64,000 bases of DNA. Origin: Nitrosopumilus sp. Its GTDB lineage: Archaea > Thermoproteota > Nitrososphaeria > Nitrososphaerales > Nitrosopumilaceae. Positions 9,699-20,030 of the stretch are shown piece after piece (positions within the stretch are counted from its first letter, which is position 1; each line of letters begins with the position of its first letter). The stretch is taken from the NCBI GenBank assembly GCA_965238275.1, contig OZ250186.1, positions 608,001 through 672,000 on the forward strand, given 5' to 3'. A program made the position numbers and the translations under genes. The notes below the pieces were generated by a model. The model was not told the DNA's origin. It saw nothing but the letters and a program-made list of their open reading frames with translations, and made no database searches.

Positions 9699-9917
9699 TC
9701 ATTTGTAAAAGCTGGGTTCCTGATTATTCTTTTGTTTCGGTAGATCATCCATAACTGCCTGGATCACCTCGTCGTGGTTGTATGTCAGGTGCCTGAGAAA
9801 TTTTGCCGACTCGCATGCACGGGTCTTATCATCACCGGACAATATCTTCGGGCTGCACAGTGCGGCCATCATAAAGTCGCATTGGGAGCACGGTTCAAAG
9901 TCAAGATAGAGCTTCAT
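9699..9917 (-). CDS. Small Cys/His-containing hypothetical protein
   Basis: 72-aa ORF with CxxC and HxxxxH. Confidence 0.65.
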   Translation of the reverse strand: MKLYLDFEPCSQCDFMMAALCSPKILSGDDKTRACESAKFLRHLTYNHDEVIQAVMDDLPKQKNNQEPSFYK

Positions 9918-10053
9918 TATACTGTATCAACATCCTCAGTATTTAGATTGTTGTATGATGCATCAGGGTGTACGGAGAACGCACTCTGTCGCCGGAAGGA
10001 GAATGTGTGTGACCCTTGGCAGGCGCGAGGGGTTATCGCATACTCCAGAATAT

Positions 10054-12186
10054 CTAGGATGCAACAGGTGCCACCTTTCTTCCGGGATCCACCGTGTACA
10101 CGGCATCCACCAGATCCTGTTGCGTAATCCGGATGTCTTTAATGCTCGGATGCCTGCCGCCTACATGTCTTCTCAGGGCTGCAATTGAGGCCCTGTTGGC
10201 CACTGCGGCAATCTCGGCCCCAGAGAATCCGTCTGTCAGATCCACAATGCCGGCAATGTCGGCATCGTCTGCAAGGGGCTTTTTCCGGGTGTGGATTTCA
10301 AGGATGTGGCGCCTTCCTTCGGCGTCAGGCGCAGGCACCCTGATTATCCTGTCAAACCGACCGGGCCTTAACAAGGCCTCGTCTATGATATCCAGCCGGT
10401 TTGTCGCACCCACCACCAACACATCGTGAAGCTCTTCAAGCCCGTCAATCTCGGTCAGAATCTGGGAGACTACGTTCTCTGTAACGTGTGAGCCGGAGCC
10501 GTCGCTTCCCCTTCGCGGAACAAGCGCATCGATCTCATCAAGAAAGACGATACATGGTGCTGCCTGCCGCGCCTTTCTAAAGATCTCCCGGACGCCTTTC
10601 TCAGACTCGCCAACCCATTTGGAGAGCAGTTCCGGACCCTTGATGCTGATAAAGTTGGACTCAGTCATGTGGGCAAGGGCCTTTGCAATCAGGGTCTTGC
10701 CTGTTCCAGGCGGGCCGTGCAGCAGTATTCCGTGCGGAGGCGCCGCATCAACATACTCAAAGGCCTCCTTGTACCTGACAGGCCACTCGACTGCCTCGCG
10801 CAGTTCATCCTTTAACTGATTCAGGCCCCCCACATCACCCCATGTCACATCCGGAATATGGGCCTGGACCTCCCGCAGGGCACTGGGGCCGATCTCCTTT
10901 AAAGCATCCTCAAAATCCTTGCCTGTGATCCGTATGTTCTGAAGAATCTCCGAGGAGACCTCGTCGTCGCCAAGATCAATTTCAGGAAGAATCCTGCGCA
11001 GGGATCTCATTGCGGCTTCCTTGGAGAGCATCTGCAAGTCGGCTCCCACAAACCCATGTGTGGTTCGGGAGAGGTGCTTAAAGTCCACGTCTTTGCCGAT
11101 TGGCATTCCGCGCGTGTGAATTGAGAGGATCTCCAGCCTTCCGTTTTCGTCTGGAATGCCGATCTCGATCTCCCGGTCAAATCTTCCCGGCCTCCTGAGT
11201 GCGGGATCTATTGAATCCGGCCTGTTGGTGGCAGCAATTACCACTACCTTCCCCCTGGACTTGATCCCATCCATCAATGTCAGAAGTTGGGAGACAATTC
11301 TCTTTTCAGTCTCGCCGGATACGTCGTCCCTCTTTGGCGCAATCGAGTCGATCTCATCAATGAAGATGATGCATGGGGAGTCTGCCTCAGCCTCTGCAAA
11401 GATCTTGCGAATTCTCTCCTCGCTCTCCCCATAGTGGCTTCCCATTATCTCAGGACCGCTAATCGAGATAAAACGGGCGTTGGTCTCCCCGGCCACTGCC
11501 TTTGCGATCAGGGTCTTGCCTGTCCCAGGCGGGCCGTAAAGAAGGACACCTTTCGGGGCATCCACGCCGATCTTCTTAAAGAGTTCAGGGTGTCTCATCG
11601 GCAGTTCGACTGTCTCTCGGATCTTCTGAACCTCGTTCTTCAACCCACCAAGTTCATCATATGTAATCCTGGGAACCGACGCATCCATGGTCTTGGTCAT
11701 TGTTCCAAGACGGAACACGGTATTTTCCGTAACAAGAACCGGTCTGGCAGGTCTTGTCCCGGTCACTATGAACTGTACACGGGCCCCCATCTTTGTATTC
11801 AGGGATACCGAGTCTCCCGTGGCAAACACGTGGTTGAGATAGTTGTAGGTCATAAACTCCTGCAGGCCCTCGACGGTAACCTTCTCTGTCGGGGACAGGA
11901 TGATCTGCTCGGCGTTGGCCGCCTCCACTGATCTCAGTGTGGCTTTGTCCCCTATCCCTGCGCCTAGGTTCTGTCTTGTAACACCGTCAATCTTGATGAT
12001 TCCCTCGCCGTACTCTTCGGGGGCTCCCGGCCAGAGCTTGACATGGGTCTTCCTGTTGCATGTCAGCTCCAAGATTTGACCGGTGCTCCACTTCTGCTCT
12101 TCAATGACCCGAGGATCAACGATTGCCCGCCCCCGTCCAACATGTTGCAGGGGAATCTCGCCTATCTTTAATGTGATTTCGTTCAT
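10054..12186 (-). CDS. cdc48: CDC48/VCP family AAA ATPase
   Basis: N-domain plus two AAA modules ([25 protein letters not shown]). Confidence 0.97.
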   Translation of the reverse strand: MNEITLKIGEIPLQHVGRGRAIVDPRVIEEQKWSTGQILELTCNRKTHVKLWPGAPEEYGEGIIKIDGVTRQNLGAGIGDKATLRSVEAANAEQIILSPTEKVTVEGLQEFMTYNYLNHVFATGDSVSLNTKMGARVQFIVTGTRPARPVLVTENTVFRLGTMTKTMDASVPRITYDELGGLKNEVQKIRETVELPMRHPELFKKIGVDAPKGVLLYGPPGTGKTLIAKAVAGETNARFISISGPEIMGSHYGESEERIRKIFAEAEADSPCIIFIDEIDSIAPKRDDVSGETEKRIVSQLLTLMDGIKSRGKVVVIAATNRPDSIDPALRRPGRFDREIEIGIPDENGRLEILSIHTRGMPIGKDVDFKHLSRTTHGFVGADLQMLSKEAAMRSLRRILPEIDLGDDEVSSEILQNIRITGKDFEDALKEIGPSALREVQAHIPDVTWGDVGGLNQLKDELREAVEWPVRYKEAFEYVDAAPPHGILLHGPPGTGKTLIAKALAHMTESNFISIKGPELLSKWVGESEKGVREIFRKARQAAPCIVFLDEIDALVPRRGSDGSGSHVTENVVSQILTEIDGLEELHDVLVVGATNRLDIIDEALLRPGRFDRIIRVPAPDAEGRRHILEIHTRKKPLADDADIAGIVDLTDGFSGAEIAAVANRASIAALRRHVGGRHPSIKDIRITQQDLVDAVYTVDPGRKVAPVAS

Positions 12187-12214
12187 ACCATTACCTCAAA
12201 AAAAGGGGGGGAGG

Positions 12215-12700
12215 TTATTCCACCTCCACCTTGGTGCCGGTTGGTTTTTCTGCAACCAACTCAAACACGAGCTGCAGGATCCCGTTCTTGTAAGAGGCCT
12301 TTGCAGAGTTCTCATCAATCCTGCGTTTTATGGGAACCCTAGCATGGTATCTCATCTTGTCGCGGGCAGCAGAGATGTCCACTACTTTGTTGTCGACTAC
12401 GATCTGGATGTCAGTCTTTTCAACCCCGGGTATCTCGGCAATGAGTTTCACCGTGTTGTTCTTCTCGTCAACGATCGTGTCCACGACTGGCTCCCTTGCA
12501 AGATCTTGGCCGGGTGCCTTTTGGTCTGTCCCGTACTCCTTTAGAACGGGTCTTCCGTTGGGGCCGATACTCAGGGTATAACCATACCAGTATGGCCCGG
12601 TTTCAGAGTTGCCTCTGTTTCCTTCAAAGATGTCATCCGTGTCAAAAAAGGATCCAGACATTCTTTTGAAGGCTCTGTTGATCTCATTGTCAAAGAACAC
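12215..12700 (-). CDS. hsp20: Small heat-shock protein Hsp20
   Basis: Alpha-crystallin motifs AEIPGVEK and AKASYKNGILQ; directly upstream of cdc48. Confidence 0.93.
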   Translation of the reverse strand: MFFDNEINRAFKRMSGSFFDTDDIFEGNRGNSETGPYWYGYTLSIGPNGRPVLKEYGTDQKAPGQDLAREPVVDTIVDEKNNTVKLIAEIPGVEKTDIQIVVDNKVVDISAARDKMRYHARVPIKRRIDENSAKASYKNGILQLVFELVAEKPTGTKVEVE

Positions 12701-12716
12701 GTCATATTCACCTATC

Positions 12717-12746
12717 TAATGTAATATACATTACATTATATAATGT
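12717..12746. promoter_or_regulatory. Overlapping palindromes in the hsp20-cdc48 promoter (candidate operator)
   Basis: taatgtaat-N4-attacatta (12717-12738) and acattatataatgt (12733-12746). Confidence 0.5.
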
Positions 12747-12860
12747 TTACTATGTTATATGGTAATATTTAACAGTACATAATTTTATTTATAAACAAAT
12801 GAAGAATCGGAGTAATTAATTACACAAACTAGTTATAAATGACATGGTGAAATAACCGTC

Positions 12861-13517
12861 ATGAGGACATCGGTGCCCGATGCAGTAAGGGGGATCATTA
12901 CCAGAAACCGCTCCATTTACGACTGCATGAGGATGGATCTGATAAACTACACGGCCCTTGCAGCAAGGATACGGCCCGAGGTTGAGAGGATCCTAGGAAA
13001 CGCAGTAAACCTCAACACCGTGGTGGTTGCAATCAAGAGATACGCAGACTCTTTTGACCTCAGAGAAGGGGTGGAAGATGAACCGGTTCTAAAGAATGCG
13101 CGACTGGTCCTGACAGGCGGAATCATGGATGTCAGGTTCTCAGCAAAGGAATCAGACGGGATGGATCCGGCTGACATACTAGACAAGTTCTCCAAGGTGA
13201 CTAGCAATTATGAGTTCTTCAGGGTGAGCGACTCTTTCCGGTTTCTTGCCGAGGACATGGATGATGTCAGGCAGATCTTTGAGAGTGTATCGGAAACCAA
13301 GGATATGTTCAATACCGGTCTTGTAAAGATCAGGATCATGATTCCAGATGCCAGAAACCAGTCAGGTGCAGTCTCGTATGTTGCCGAGGTGTTGCATAGA
13401 AACGGAATCGAGCTTGTAAATGCATTCTTCAGTCAGGACAGCATCACGGTCATCCTGAGGGAGAGGGACGCGCCAAGGGCATATGACATACTGCATTCAG
13501 ACATCACGGGCAACTGA
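12861..13517 (+). CDS. Conserved archaeal protein with C-terminal ACT-like domain
   Basis: LINYTALA..VVAIKRY N-terminus; beta-alpha-beta C-terminus; ttataaa box upstream. Confidence 0.75.
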   Translation: MRTSVPDAVRGIITRNRSIYDCMRMDLINYTALAARIRPEVERILGNAVNLNTVVVAIKRYADSFDLREGVEDEPVLKNARLVLTGGIMDVRFSAKESDGMDPADILDKFSKVTSNYEFFRVSDSFRFLAEDMDDVRQIFESVSETKDMFNTGLVKIRIMIPDARNQSGAVSYVAEVLHRNGIELVNAFFSQDSITVILRERDAPRAYDILHSDITGN

Positions 13518-13530
13518 CAGTATTATATTT

Positions 13531-14898
13531 ATGGCATATGCCAATAGAAAATCGAGATTGGTTAAAAAGAAGAACATGGTTGTGGTAGGAGGCGGTTTTG
13601 CAGGTGTAAAATGCGCCAAGCAGTTGGAATCCGAGTTTGGAGACGATCCGGAGATCAACCTGATAATGATAAGCGAGGACAACTATCTGCTGTTTACGCC
13701 GATGCTGCCCCAGGTGGCGTCAGGGGCAATCGAGACGAGGCACATTGTCACGCCCATCAGAGCCATATGCAAGAAGACAAAGTTCTACGAGGGAAGGATC
13801 AAGAGTATCGACCCCTATGGAAAGAGGGTTACGTTGTGGGGGACTGTCAACAGGAGAAGCGTATCAATCCATTATGATTTTTTGGTGCTTGCCCTGGGCA
13901 GCGAGACCAATTTTTTCGGGATGACAGATGTGGAAAAGAATGCATTCAGCATGAGAACGCTGAATGACGCAGTCTTGCTGAGGAACAGGGCAATCGACAT
14001 GCTTGAACAGGCAGAGAACGAGACGAACCCAATCCTTCGAAAGGGTTTTTTGCATTTTGTCATTGTGGGCGCCGGTTTTGCAGGAATAGAGACGGCAGGC
14101 GAGCTCATGGGGCTCCTACGGGATGCAAGAAAGCATTATCCAACAATCCACAAAGAGTATCTCAAGGTAACGGTGGTGGAGGTGGCCTCTGCCATACTGC
14201 CGGAATTCGACCAAAAACTGGCCCAATACGCAAAGGAGAAGCTCATAGAGGGTGGAATTGACATAAGGCTGAACACGGCCGTGACCAGTTTTGATGGAAA
14301 CGAGGTCACGTTGAAGCCCGCAAAGACAGACGACGAGGATGACATGGAGGGAATCATAACAAAGACTATGATCTGGACTGCAGGGGTGACGCCGGTAAAC
14401 ACAATCAAGAGATCGATGTTCAAGACCGAGAGGGGAAAGATCGTAGTTGACGACTATCTGGAGGCAGAGGGGTTTCCAGGAGTCTTTGCGATTGGGGACT
14501 GCGCCGGATTTACAGACCCGAATACAAAAAGACATCTCCCACCCACCGCGCAGGTTGCAGAATCCCAAGCAAAGACTGCAGCAAAGAACCTAAAGGCCAT
14601 AATTAAAAACACCCAAAAGGAAAAATTTGTCTTCAGGAACAGGGGGCAGATGGCAATAATTGGAAAGCGGTCCGGCATCGCCCGTATTAAAGGAATGAAT
14701 TTTACAGGTTTTCTGGCATGGGTCATATGGAATAATGTGTACCTGGCAAAGGTCGCTACCGTGGACAAGAGGGCCAGAATAGCCATCGACTGGGTGGTGG
14801 ATCTAATCTTTGACAGAGATGTGGCCCAACTCAAACTGATGAAGCGTGATGTAGAAAAAGAGTACAGGGCCGTCGATGATGTAGATGATGTCTGGTAG
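13531..14898 (+). CDS. Type II NADH dehydrogenase-like FAD oxidoreductase
   Basis: GGGFAG, FTPMLPQVASG, GAGFAGIE, WTAGV, FAIGD, PPTAQVA; start uncertain (13531 or 13558). Confidence 0.9.
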   Translation: MAYANRKSRLVKKKNMVVVGGGFAGVKCAKQLESEFGDDPEINLIMISEDNYLLFTPMLPQVASGAIETRHIVTPIRAICKKTKFYEGRIKSIDPYGKRVTLWGTVNRRSVSIHYDFLVLALGSETNFFGMTDVEKNAFSMRTLNDAVLLRNRAIDMLEQAENETNPILRKGFLHFVIVGAGFAGIETAGELMGLLRDARKHYPTIHKEYLKVTVVEVASAILPEFDQKLAQYAKEKLIEGGIDIRLNTAVTSFDGNEVTLKPAKTDDEDDMEGIITKTMIWTAGVTPVNTIKRSMFKTERGKIVVDDYLEAEGFPGVFAIGDCAGFTDPNTKRHLPPTAQVAESQAKTAAKNLKAIIKNTQKEKFVFRNRGQMAIIGKRSGIARIKGMNFTGFLAWVIWNNVYLAKVATVDKRARIAIDWVVDLIFDRDVAQLKLMKRDVEKEYRAVDDVDDVW

Positions 14899-14919
14899 TA
14901 CAGGTTCGTTATAGTGCAG

Positions 14920-16515
14920 TCACAGTCTGGCGTTCTGGCCGGATGGCAGAATGCGCAGGCGGGGGGCTTTCTTCAGGCCGTATATGAGGGCTACGGGTGC
15001 TGCAACATACATGCCCACGTTTAACAGGATTACACCAATTCCATACCCTATCATCTCTGCCTCCGAGTCAATGCCGGCATGGTTGAGAAGCGACAGTGTT
15101 GTGAGGAGTGGGGTAATTGCCAGCCTGACGGTCTCTTTGAATACGGGGTTCTGACGCTCCATGTCAGCTATTGCAGGCGAGAATGAATAGTACAGTTGGT
15201 TGAATCCCGTCATGAACGCAGAACCGGATGCCGTTGCAAGCACCGTGCTGTCGCGCAGCTCACGCAGCTGTTGAATTTGGGGTGCAAACTCAGAACCAAT
15301 CGCTGCAGTTGCAATCAGACACCCGCCGCTGTCTCCATATACATTAGGTGGGGCGCTGCCATCAAACCCGGGCCGATCCTCTTCTGGGATGGGCGACTCG
15401 GAGAGGATCTCAAAGGAGTCCAAGGTTTCTTGGAATGCCGGAAGCTGTGAATCAAAATCGTCTATCCCGTTGACATAGGTAATGGTATAGATGTTGTCGG
15501 CACCATAAACTACAACCTCCTGGAATCTTATGTTGATTTCCGCACCGCCAGCCGTGGATGCGCCGTCGGCGACAGTAACGTATGCATAATGGTCGTTAAG
15601 GGTAAGAACCTCCTGCGAGACGGTGTCTATTATTCCCGCAGCCGCGATCTCATCAATCCGTAAAGAGGTCTCAGTAAAGATGTCGTCGGTGGTCCTCTGG
15701 TTGGTGTCCTCTATTATTATGGAGATGAAAGGGTTCGCAGCACCGGTCTTGGGTCCCACTGCGACTACGTTGGGGACGCCCTCGCCTGCGTTTGGAGGCT
15801 CCTGCAGCAACCAGCCGCCGGGCGCGTTGAAGGCAAACTGGTGTTCTTGGCTTTCAAATCTCTGACTGCCCGATGTTGGAGTCGTGGAGGGAACAGGGGA
15901 GGAGTCTGTGCGTTCGGGTTCTGGCAGTTCAAGAAGATCCCAGACATCAGAACGATCCACTATGCCTATTTTTATTATTCTTACCTGTTCCGGATCTAGT
16001 GGGGCGTCCCTGTTTCCGGTGGGGGCAGCGGCAATAAGATCCAGAGTCTCGAAGCTTTCCTCGGTTACAATCCTTCCAAACACAGTATATTGTTTATCAA
16101 GAAAGGCAGAGTCTTGGTGAACTATGAAGAATTGGGAACCTGCGCTGTTAGGATCAGCTGCCCTTGCCATGGACACGATTCCGCGGTTGTGTTTTATGGT
16201 GTTAAACTCGGCATCCACACTGTGCGGCGGGTCTCTCTGCCCCCAAGTTGAAGAATCGCCGCTGATTGTGTTGGGATCCCCTCCCTGAATCATAAAGCCA
16301 GGAATTATTCGATGAAAGACGGTTTCGTCATAGAATCCCGCCTTGGCCAGTTCTACAAAATTCTCAACGTGGTTTGGTGCGTCATCCGGAAAGAACTCCA
16401 GGGTTATGTCCCCAAGATCGGTCTCAATGACGGCCAGCGTTTCGGACTGTGCATATGCCTGAATGCCAGACAGTGTGAGAAGGAGTGGCACGATAAACAA
16501 CAATAATTTATTCAA
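14920..16515 (-). CDS. Secreted cyclophilin-type PPIase with CFI-box-CTERM-like anchor
   Basis: Signal peptide; FHRIIPGFMIQGGD, SMAR, SAGSQFFI; GGCLIATAA...LRELRD...YYSFSP followed by TM; start uncertain. Confidence 0.9.
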   Translation of the reverse strand: MNKLLLFIVPLLLTLSGIQAYAQSETLAVIETDLGDITLEFFPDDAPNHVENFVELAKAGFYDETVFHRIIPGFMIQGGDPNTISGDSSTWGQRDPPHSVDAEFNTIKHNRGIVSMARAADPNSAGSQFFIVHQDSAFLDKQYTVFGRIVTEESFETLDLIAAAPTGNRDAPLDPEQVRIIKIGIVDRSDVWDLLELPEPERTDSSPVPSTTPTSGSQRFESQEHQFAFNAPGGWLLQEPPNAGEGVPNVVAVGPKTGAANPFISIIIEDTNQRTTDDIFTETSLRIDEIAAAGIIDTVSQEVLTLNDHYAYVTVADGASTAGGAEINIRFQEVVVYGADNIYTITYVNGIDDFDSQLPAFQETLDSFEILSESPIPEEDRPGFDGSAPPNVYGDSGGCLIATAAIGSEFAPQIQQLRELRDSTVLATASGSAFMTGFNQLYYSFSPAIADMERQNPVFKETVRLAITPLLTTLSLLNHAGIDSEAEMIGYGIGVILLNVGMYVAAPVALIYGLKKAPRLRILPSGQNARL

Positions 16516-16618
16516 TGGTGTTATCGCACAATTCTTACTTAAAAGTTGTAACAGCTGACGCATGTTCCTGCAACCACACAAGCCAATAGTATTTAACAAA
16601 GACGCCTGAATCAGCAGT

Positions 16619-17110
16619 ATGCACCCAGACGAGAGGATTCAGGCGCATTTGGTCTCGGTTTGGAGGGAATCAAAAAAATTCCTTTCGATTGGAGGCAGGG
16701 AAGGGATGCTGGTACTCACAGACAGGCATCTGATGTTTGTTCATAAAACGGAGGCAAAGATAAACTGGTGGAAGGCCATAACCCAGAGGCAGGTGATTAA
16801 TTTTATCAGATCAAGAAATACGATGATCCGGCACGACGGTTATGATGAGGAAGAGTTGATGGACGATCTTGAAAATGAGAAGAATGTGGAGGTTGCCTTT
16901 GATGACATATCTGCCATAGAGTACGAGGAGAGGGTTTGGGGCAGCGTGCTGCAGTTTGAGTATGAAAAGGACGGAAAACGTGAGAGCCACCAATACACCA
17001 TAGCCCAAGACTGGGTAAAGTACCCGGCCAAGGAGCCCACAAAGTACATGAAGGTGGACTGGGAGCCCTTTGTACAATATATTAAGGAACGGCAGAGGTC
17101 TACAAGATAA
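16619..17110 (+). CDS. Hypothetical protein (PH-like fold suspected)
   Basis: GMLVLTDRHLMF motif; tttaa box upstream. Confidence 0.7.
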   Translation: MHPDERIQAHLVSVWRESKKFLSIGGREGMLVLTDRHLMFVHKTEAKINWWKAITQRQVINFIRSRNTMIRHDGYDEEELMDDLENEKNVEVAFDDISAIEYEERVWGSVLQFEYEKDGKRESHQYTIAQDWVKYPAKEPTKYMKVDWEPFVQYIKERQRSTR

Positions 17111-17112
17111 GA

Positions 17113-17832
17113 TTGGGAAGGGTGTTTGCCGTCGGCGTCGGTCCTGGTTCTCCAATGTATGTAACCGGGGTCGTAAGGGATATCGTGTTGAAGTGTGATG
17201 TGGTGGTTGGCTACAGATACACGCTGAGGACCATAGAGGATCTGCTTCGTGGAAAGGAGGTTCATGAGATTACCATGGGAAACCAAGAGGAGGTGTATCA
17301 TGGTGTTCTGCAGGAGCTTGGCGATAAGGTGTTGGTGGTTCCATTTACAGGAGATGTGAATTTTTCAGAGTCAGAGGTGGTCGACAGGCTGGTGGAGATC
17401 TTTGGTGCGGTGGAGATCGTCCCGGGTATTAGTTCAATCCAGGTTGCAGCTTCCAGGGCGCAGGTTCCCCTTGACAAGTCCAGGGTAATCACGATGCATG
17501 TAACTGCCCCGATCGAAGACAAGAAGGCTGAGATGAAGGAGGCGTTAGGTAGAGGCCTTAATGTTATTGTGGTTCCAAGGCCGTGGCCCAGACAGCCTGA
17601 CAAACATTTCATGCCCTCGGAGATAGCCAGATATCTCAGGGAGTCAGGCTTTGACACCGGAAGAATGACGGTGCATGTCTATGAGGCATTGACTACCCCC
17701 GATGAGACCAGTTTTAGTGGGATGGTGAGGGAGTTGGAGGGGAGGGAATTTTCAGATATGTCTATAATGGTATTCAGCCAGACAAAACCCGACTCGTATA
17801 TCAATTACAGGTGGCAGTGGGAGGGTCAGTGA
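17113..17832 (+). CDS. cbiE: Cobalt-precorrin-7 / precorrin-6Y C5-methyltransferase
   Basis: VGVGPG, GDVNFS, VPGISSIQVAA tetrapyrrole methylase motifs. Confidence 0.8.
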   Translation: MGRVFAVGVGPGSPMYVTGVVRDIVLKCDVVVGYRYTLRTIEDLLRGKEVHEITMGNQEEVYHGVLQELGDKVLVVPFTGDVNFSESEVVDRLVEIFGAVEIVPGISSIQVAASRAQVPLDKSRVITMHVTAPIEDKKAEMKEALGRGLNVIVVPRPWPRQPDKHFMPSEIARYLRESGFDTGRMTVHVYEALTTPDETSFSGMVRELEGREFSDMSIMVFSQTKPDSYINYRWQWEGQ

Positions 17833-17876
17833 TCCAGGTATGCCCAAAGCGTGGTGTTGTGTGCCGGCAGTCATGA

Positions 17877-18413
17877 TCAGTACAGTGGGGCATGAAGGCC
17901 GTCCTCTGCAATCAGGGTTATCAGGGCGTATTCGATGTATGCTCCTGCCAGAAGCAGTCCCAAGGCAGCCCCAATCTCCATCAATGTCGGTTTGAGGTGT
18001 TTGGAAAGGTCGGTTCTTTTAACAATCGCCCGTATTAGAATAAAGCTTCTGGATACTCCAAGGGTGTATGCAACCATCTCCATCAGTCCAAACGGGGTAA
18101 GAAACAGTATGGACAGCGGGGAGACTCCTGCAAGTTGGGGGGTTGTGGAGGCGATTGCCGCAAAAGCAAATCCGGTGGACCAGGCAGAGAACATTCCCCA
18201 CCCCACCCCAAACCCGGGAATAAACATGGGCAGGGCTATGGTTGCGTTGTGCTGGAAGATGCCAAACGCATCAATGCCCTCAACAAGATCCTTAAATTCA
18301 CTCATGAACATGTCTGCCTCCTCTGGACTTACCACAGTCATTGAGCCGATCTGATATATGGCGACAAAGGCTCCAAGAGATGCAAAAAATACAATTATCC
18401 TAGTACCGTCCAT
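17877..18413 (-). CDS. SpoIIM-like integral membrane protein
   Basis: IFQHN, PFGLME, GAYIEY; several TM segments. Confidence 0.75.
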   Translation of the reverse strand: MDGTRIIVFFASLGAFVAIYQIGSMTVVSPEEADMFMSEFKDLVEGIDAFGIFQHNATIALPMFIPGFGVGWGMFSAWSTGFAFAAIASTTPQLAGVSPLSILFLTPFGLMEMVAYTLGVSRSFILIRAIVKRTDLSKHLKPTLMEIGAALGLLLAGAYIEYALITLIAEDGLHAPLY

Positions 18414-18569
18414 GCTGGTCTGGTTTTGCGATGGTATTTGAGGGTTGAGGGGTGTTGGTGTGGGGCCATGTGTGTGGGGTTTTCCTGTTTGGTTGGTGTT
18501 TTTTCATCCTTCCGGCAAACATCAGTGTTGTGGGTGCGGCTCTGCATGCAGATTTAATTAAACCAGAAT

Positions 18570-20030
18570 GTGTTTGTTGGTGTGAATAGGGAGATCGCCT
18601 TTGTACTCAACTATGCGTTAAGCAAGGGTGTTCAGATTCACCCAGATGCCTTTAAGATTCTGACCGGAATGGGCGGCGGGGGACTTGAGAGGATCATCAA
18701 GGGGATAGTCAAGGAGAAGACCAGGCAGGGGCAGTTTCAGATCACCAAGAGTGATTTGGAGGATTATCTTGGAATTAGTGAGGATCCGTCGTTGCGGGGG
18801 GAGGTCAGGGTGCAGTCTGACCCTACAGGCAGTGTTGCCACTGGGGAGGGGGTTAGTGGGTATAACGCCCTGTTTGCCAGCAGATTCAACAAGTTAAAAC
18901 AGATAATCTCCATGAGACCGGAGGCCAGAATGCTCAAGACAATTGCAGCAGCCAAGTCCCTCAAATTCGTAAAGCCCAGCGACGATATCTATGTCTGTGG
19001 TTTGGTATCTGAAAAGAACGTCAGTAGGAACAGGATGGGGTTGGTTTTGGAGGATCCGACCGGAAGTATTAATGTGACAGTGTATGATAACGAACTGCAA
19101 AAGACTGCAGACACTCTCTTGTTGGACCAGTTTGTCATGGCTAGGATCGGTCTGGGTAAAACCGGTTTTGCCATGAGGGATTTGATCTTTCCAGACATCC
19201 CAGACCACGCCCCAAACAAGGCCGAGAGTGATGTTTACGCGGTATTTCTCTCGGATCTCCATGTAGGAAGTAAGTATTTCATGGAAGAGGAGTTTGTACG
19301 GTTTGTCTCTTGGCTTTCAAGCCCGGATCCGGTGGCAAGAAGGATTCGTTTTGTTTTGATTGCAGGGGACATAGTGGATGGTGTGGGGATATATCCAAAC
19401 CAGGACAAGGAGTTGGTCTGCCAGACCATTGAAGAACAGCTTGCAAAGGTTGAGGGTGTAATAGATAGGATTCCCAAAAACATCAAGGTTGTAATCATGC
19501 CCGGGAACCATGATCCGGGTAGGAGGGCGCTGCCCCAGCCGGCAATTCCGCAGAAATACAACTCTGGTCTGTGGGAGAGAGATAACGTCATAATGGTGGG
19601 CAACCCGTCTGTAGTCTCACTAAACGGAGTAAGGGTTCTGATGTTTCACGGACAGAGCATTGATGATATTGTAAAGACCACGCCTGGCCTCAGTTACGAC
19701 AAGCCTGCAAAGGTGATGAAACACTTACTCAAGGCGAGGCATTTAAGTCCAATTTATGGTAGCCAGACGCCGATAGCGCCGGAGGTGGAGGATTTCATGG
19801 TGATAGAGGATGTGCCGGACATATTCCATGCAGGGCACGTTCATAGGGCGGAATTGGATATGTATAGGGGAGTCTTGGTTATCAATTCCGGTTGTTGGCA
19901 GAGACAGACCCCTTTCCAAACCAGTGTTGGAATAACCCCCAACCCCTGCATAGCATTCATAGTCAACCTGAAGACGTTTCAGGTGCTCATGAGTGATTAT
20001 ATGGATTCAGATGATATCGTGAAGGGTTAG
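18570..20030 (+). CDS. DNA polymerase D small (proofreading) subunit DP1
   Basis: OB fold plus phosphoesterase motifs SDLHVG, AGDIVDG, PGNHD, FHG, GHVH. Confidence 0.96.
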   Translation: MFVGVNREIAFVLNYALSKGVQIHPDAFKILTGMGGGGLERIIKGIVKEKTRQGQFQITKSDLEDYLGISEDPSLRGEVRVQSDPTGSVATGEGVSGYNALFASRFNKLKQIISMRPEARMLKTIAAAKSLKFVKPSDDIYVCGLVSEKNVSRNRMGLVLEDPTGSINVTVYDNELQKTADTLLLDQFVMARIGLGKTGFAMRDLIFPDIPDHAPNKAESDVYAVFLSDLHVGSKYFMEEEFVRFVSWLSSPDPVARRIRFVLIAGDIVDGVGIYPNQDKELVCQTIEEQLAKVEGVIDRIPKNIKVVIMPGNHDPGRRALPQPAIPQKYNSGLWERDNVIMVGNPSVVSLNGVRVLMFHGQSIDDIVKTTPGLSYDKPAKVMKHLLKARHLSPIYGSQTPIAPEVEDFMVIEDVPDIFHAGHVHRAELDMYRGVLVINSGCWQRQTPFQTSVGITPNPCIAFIVNLKTFQVLMSDYMDSDDIVKG

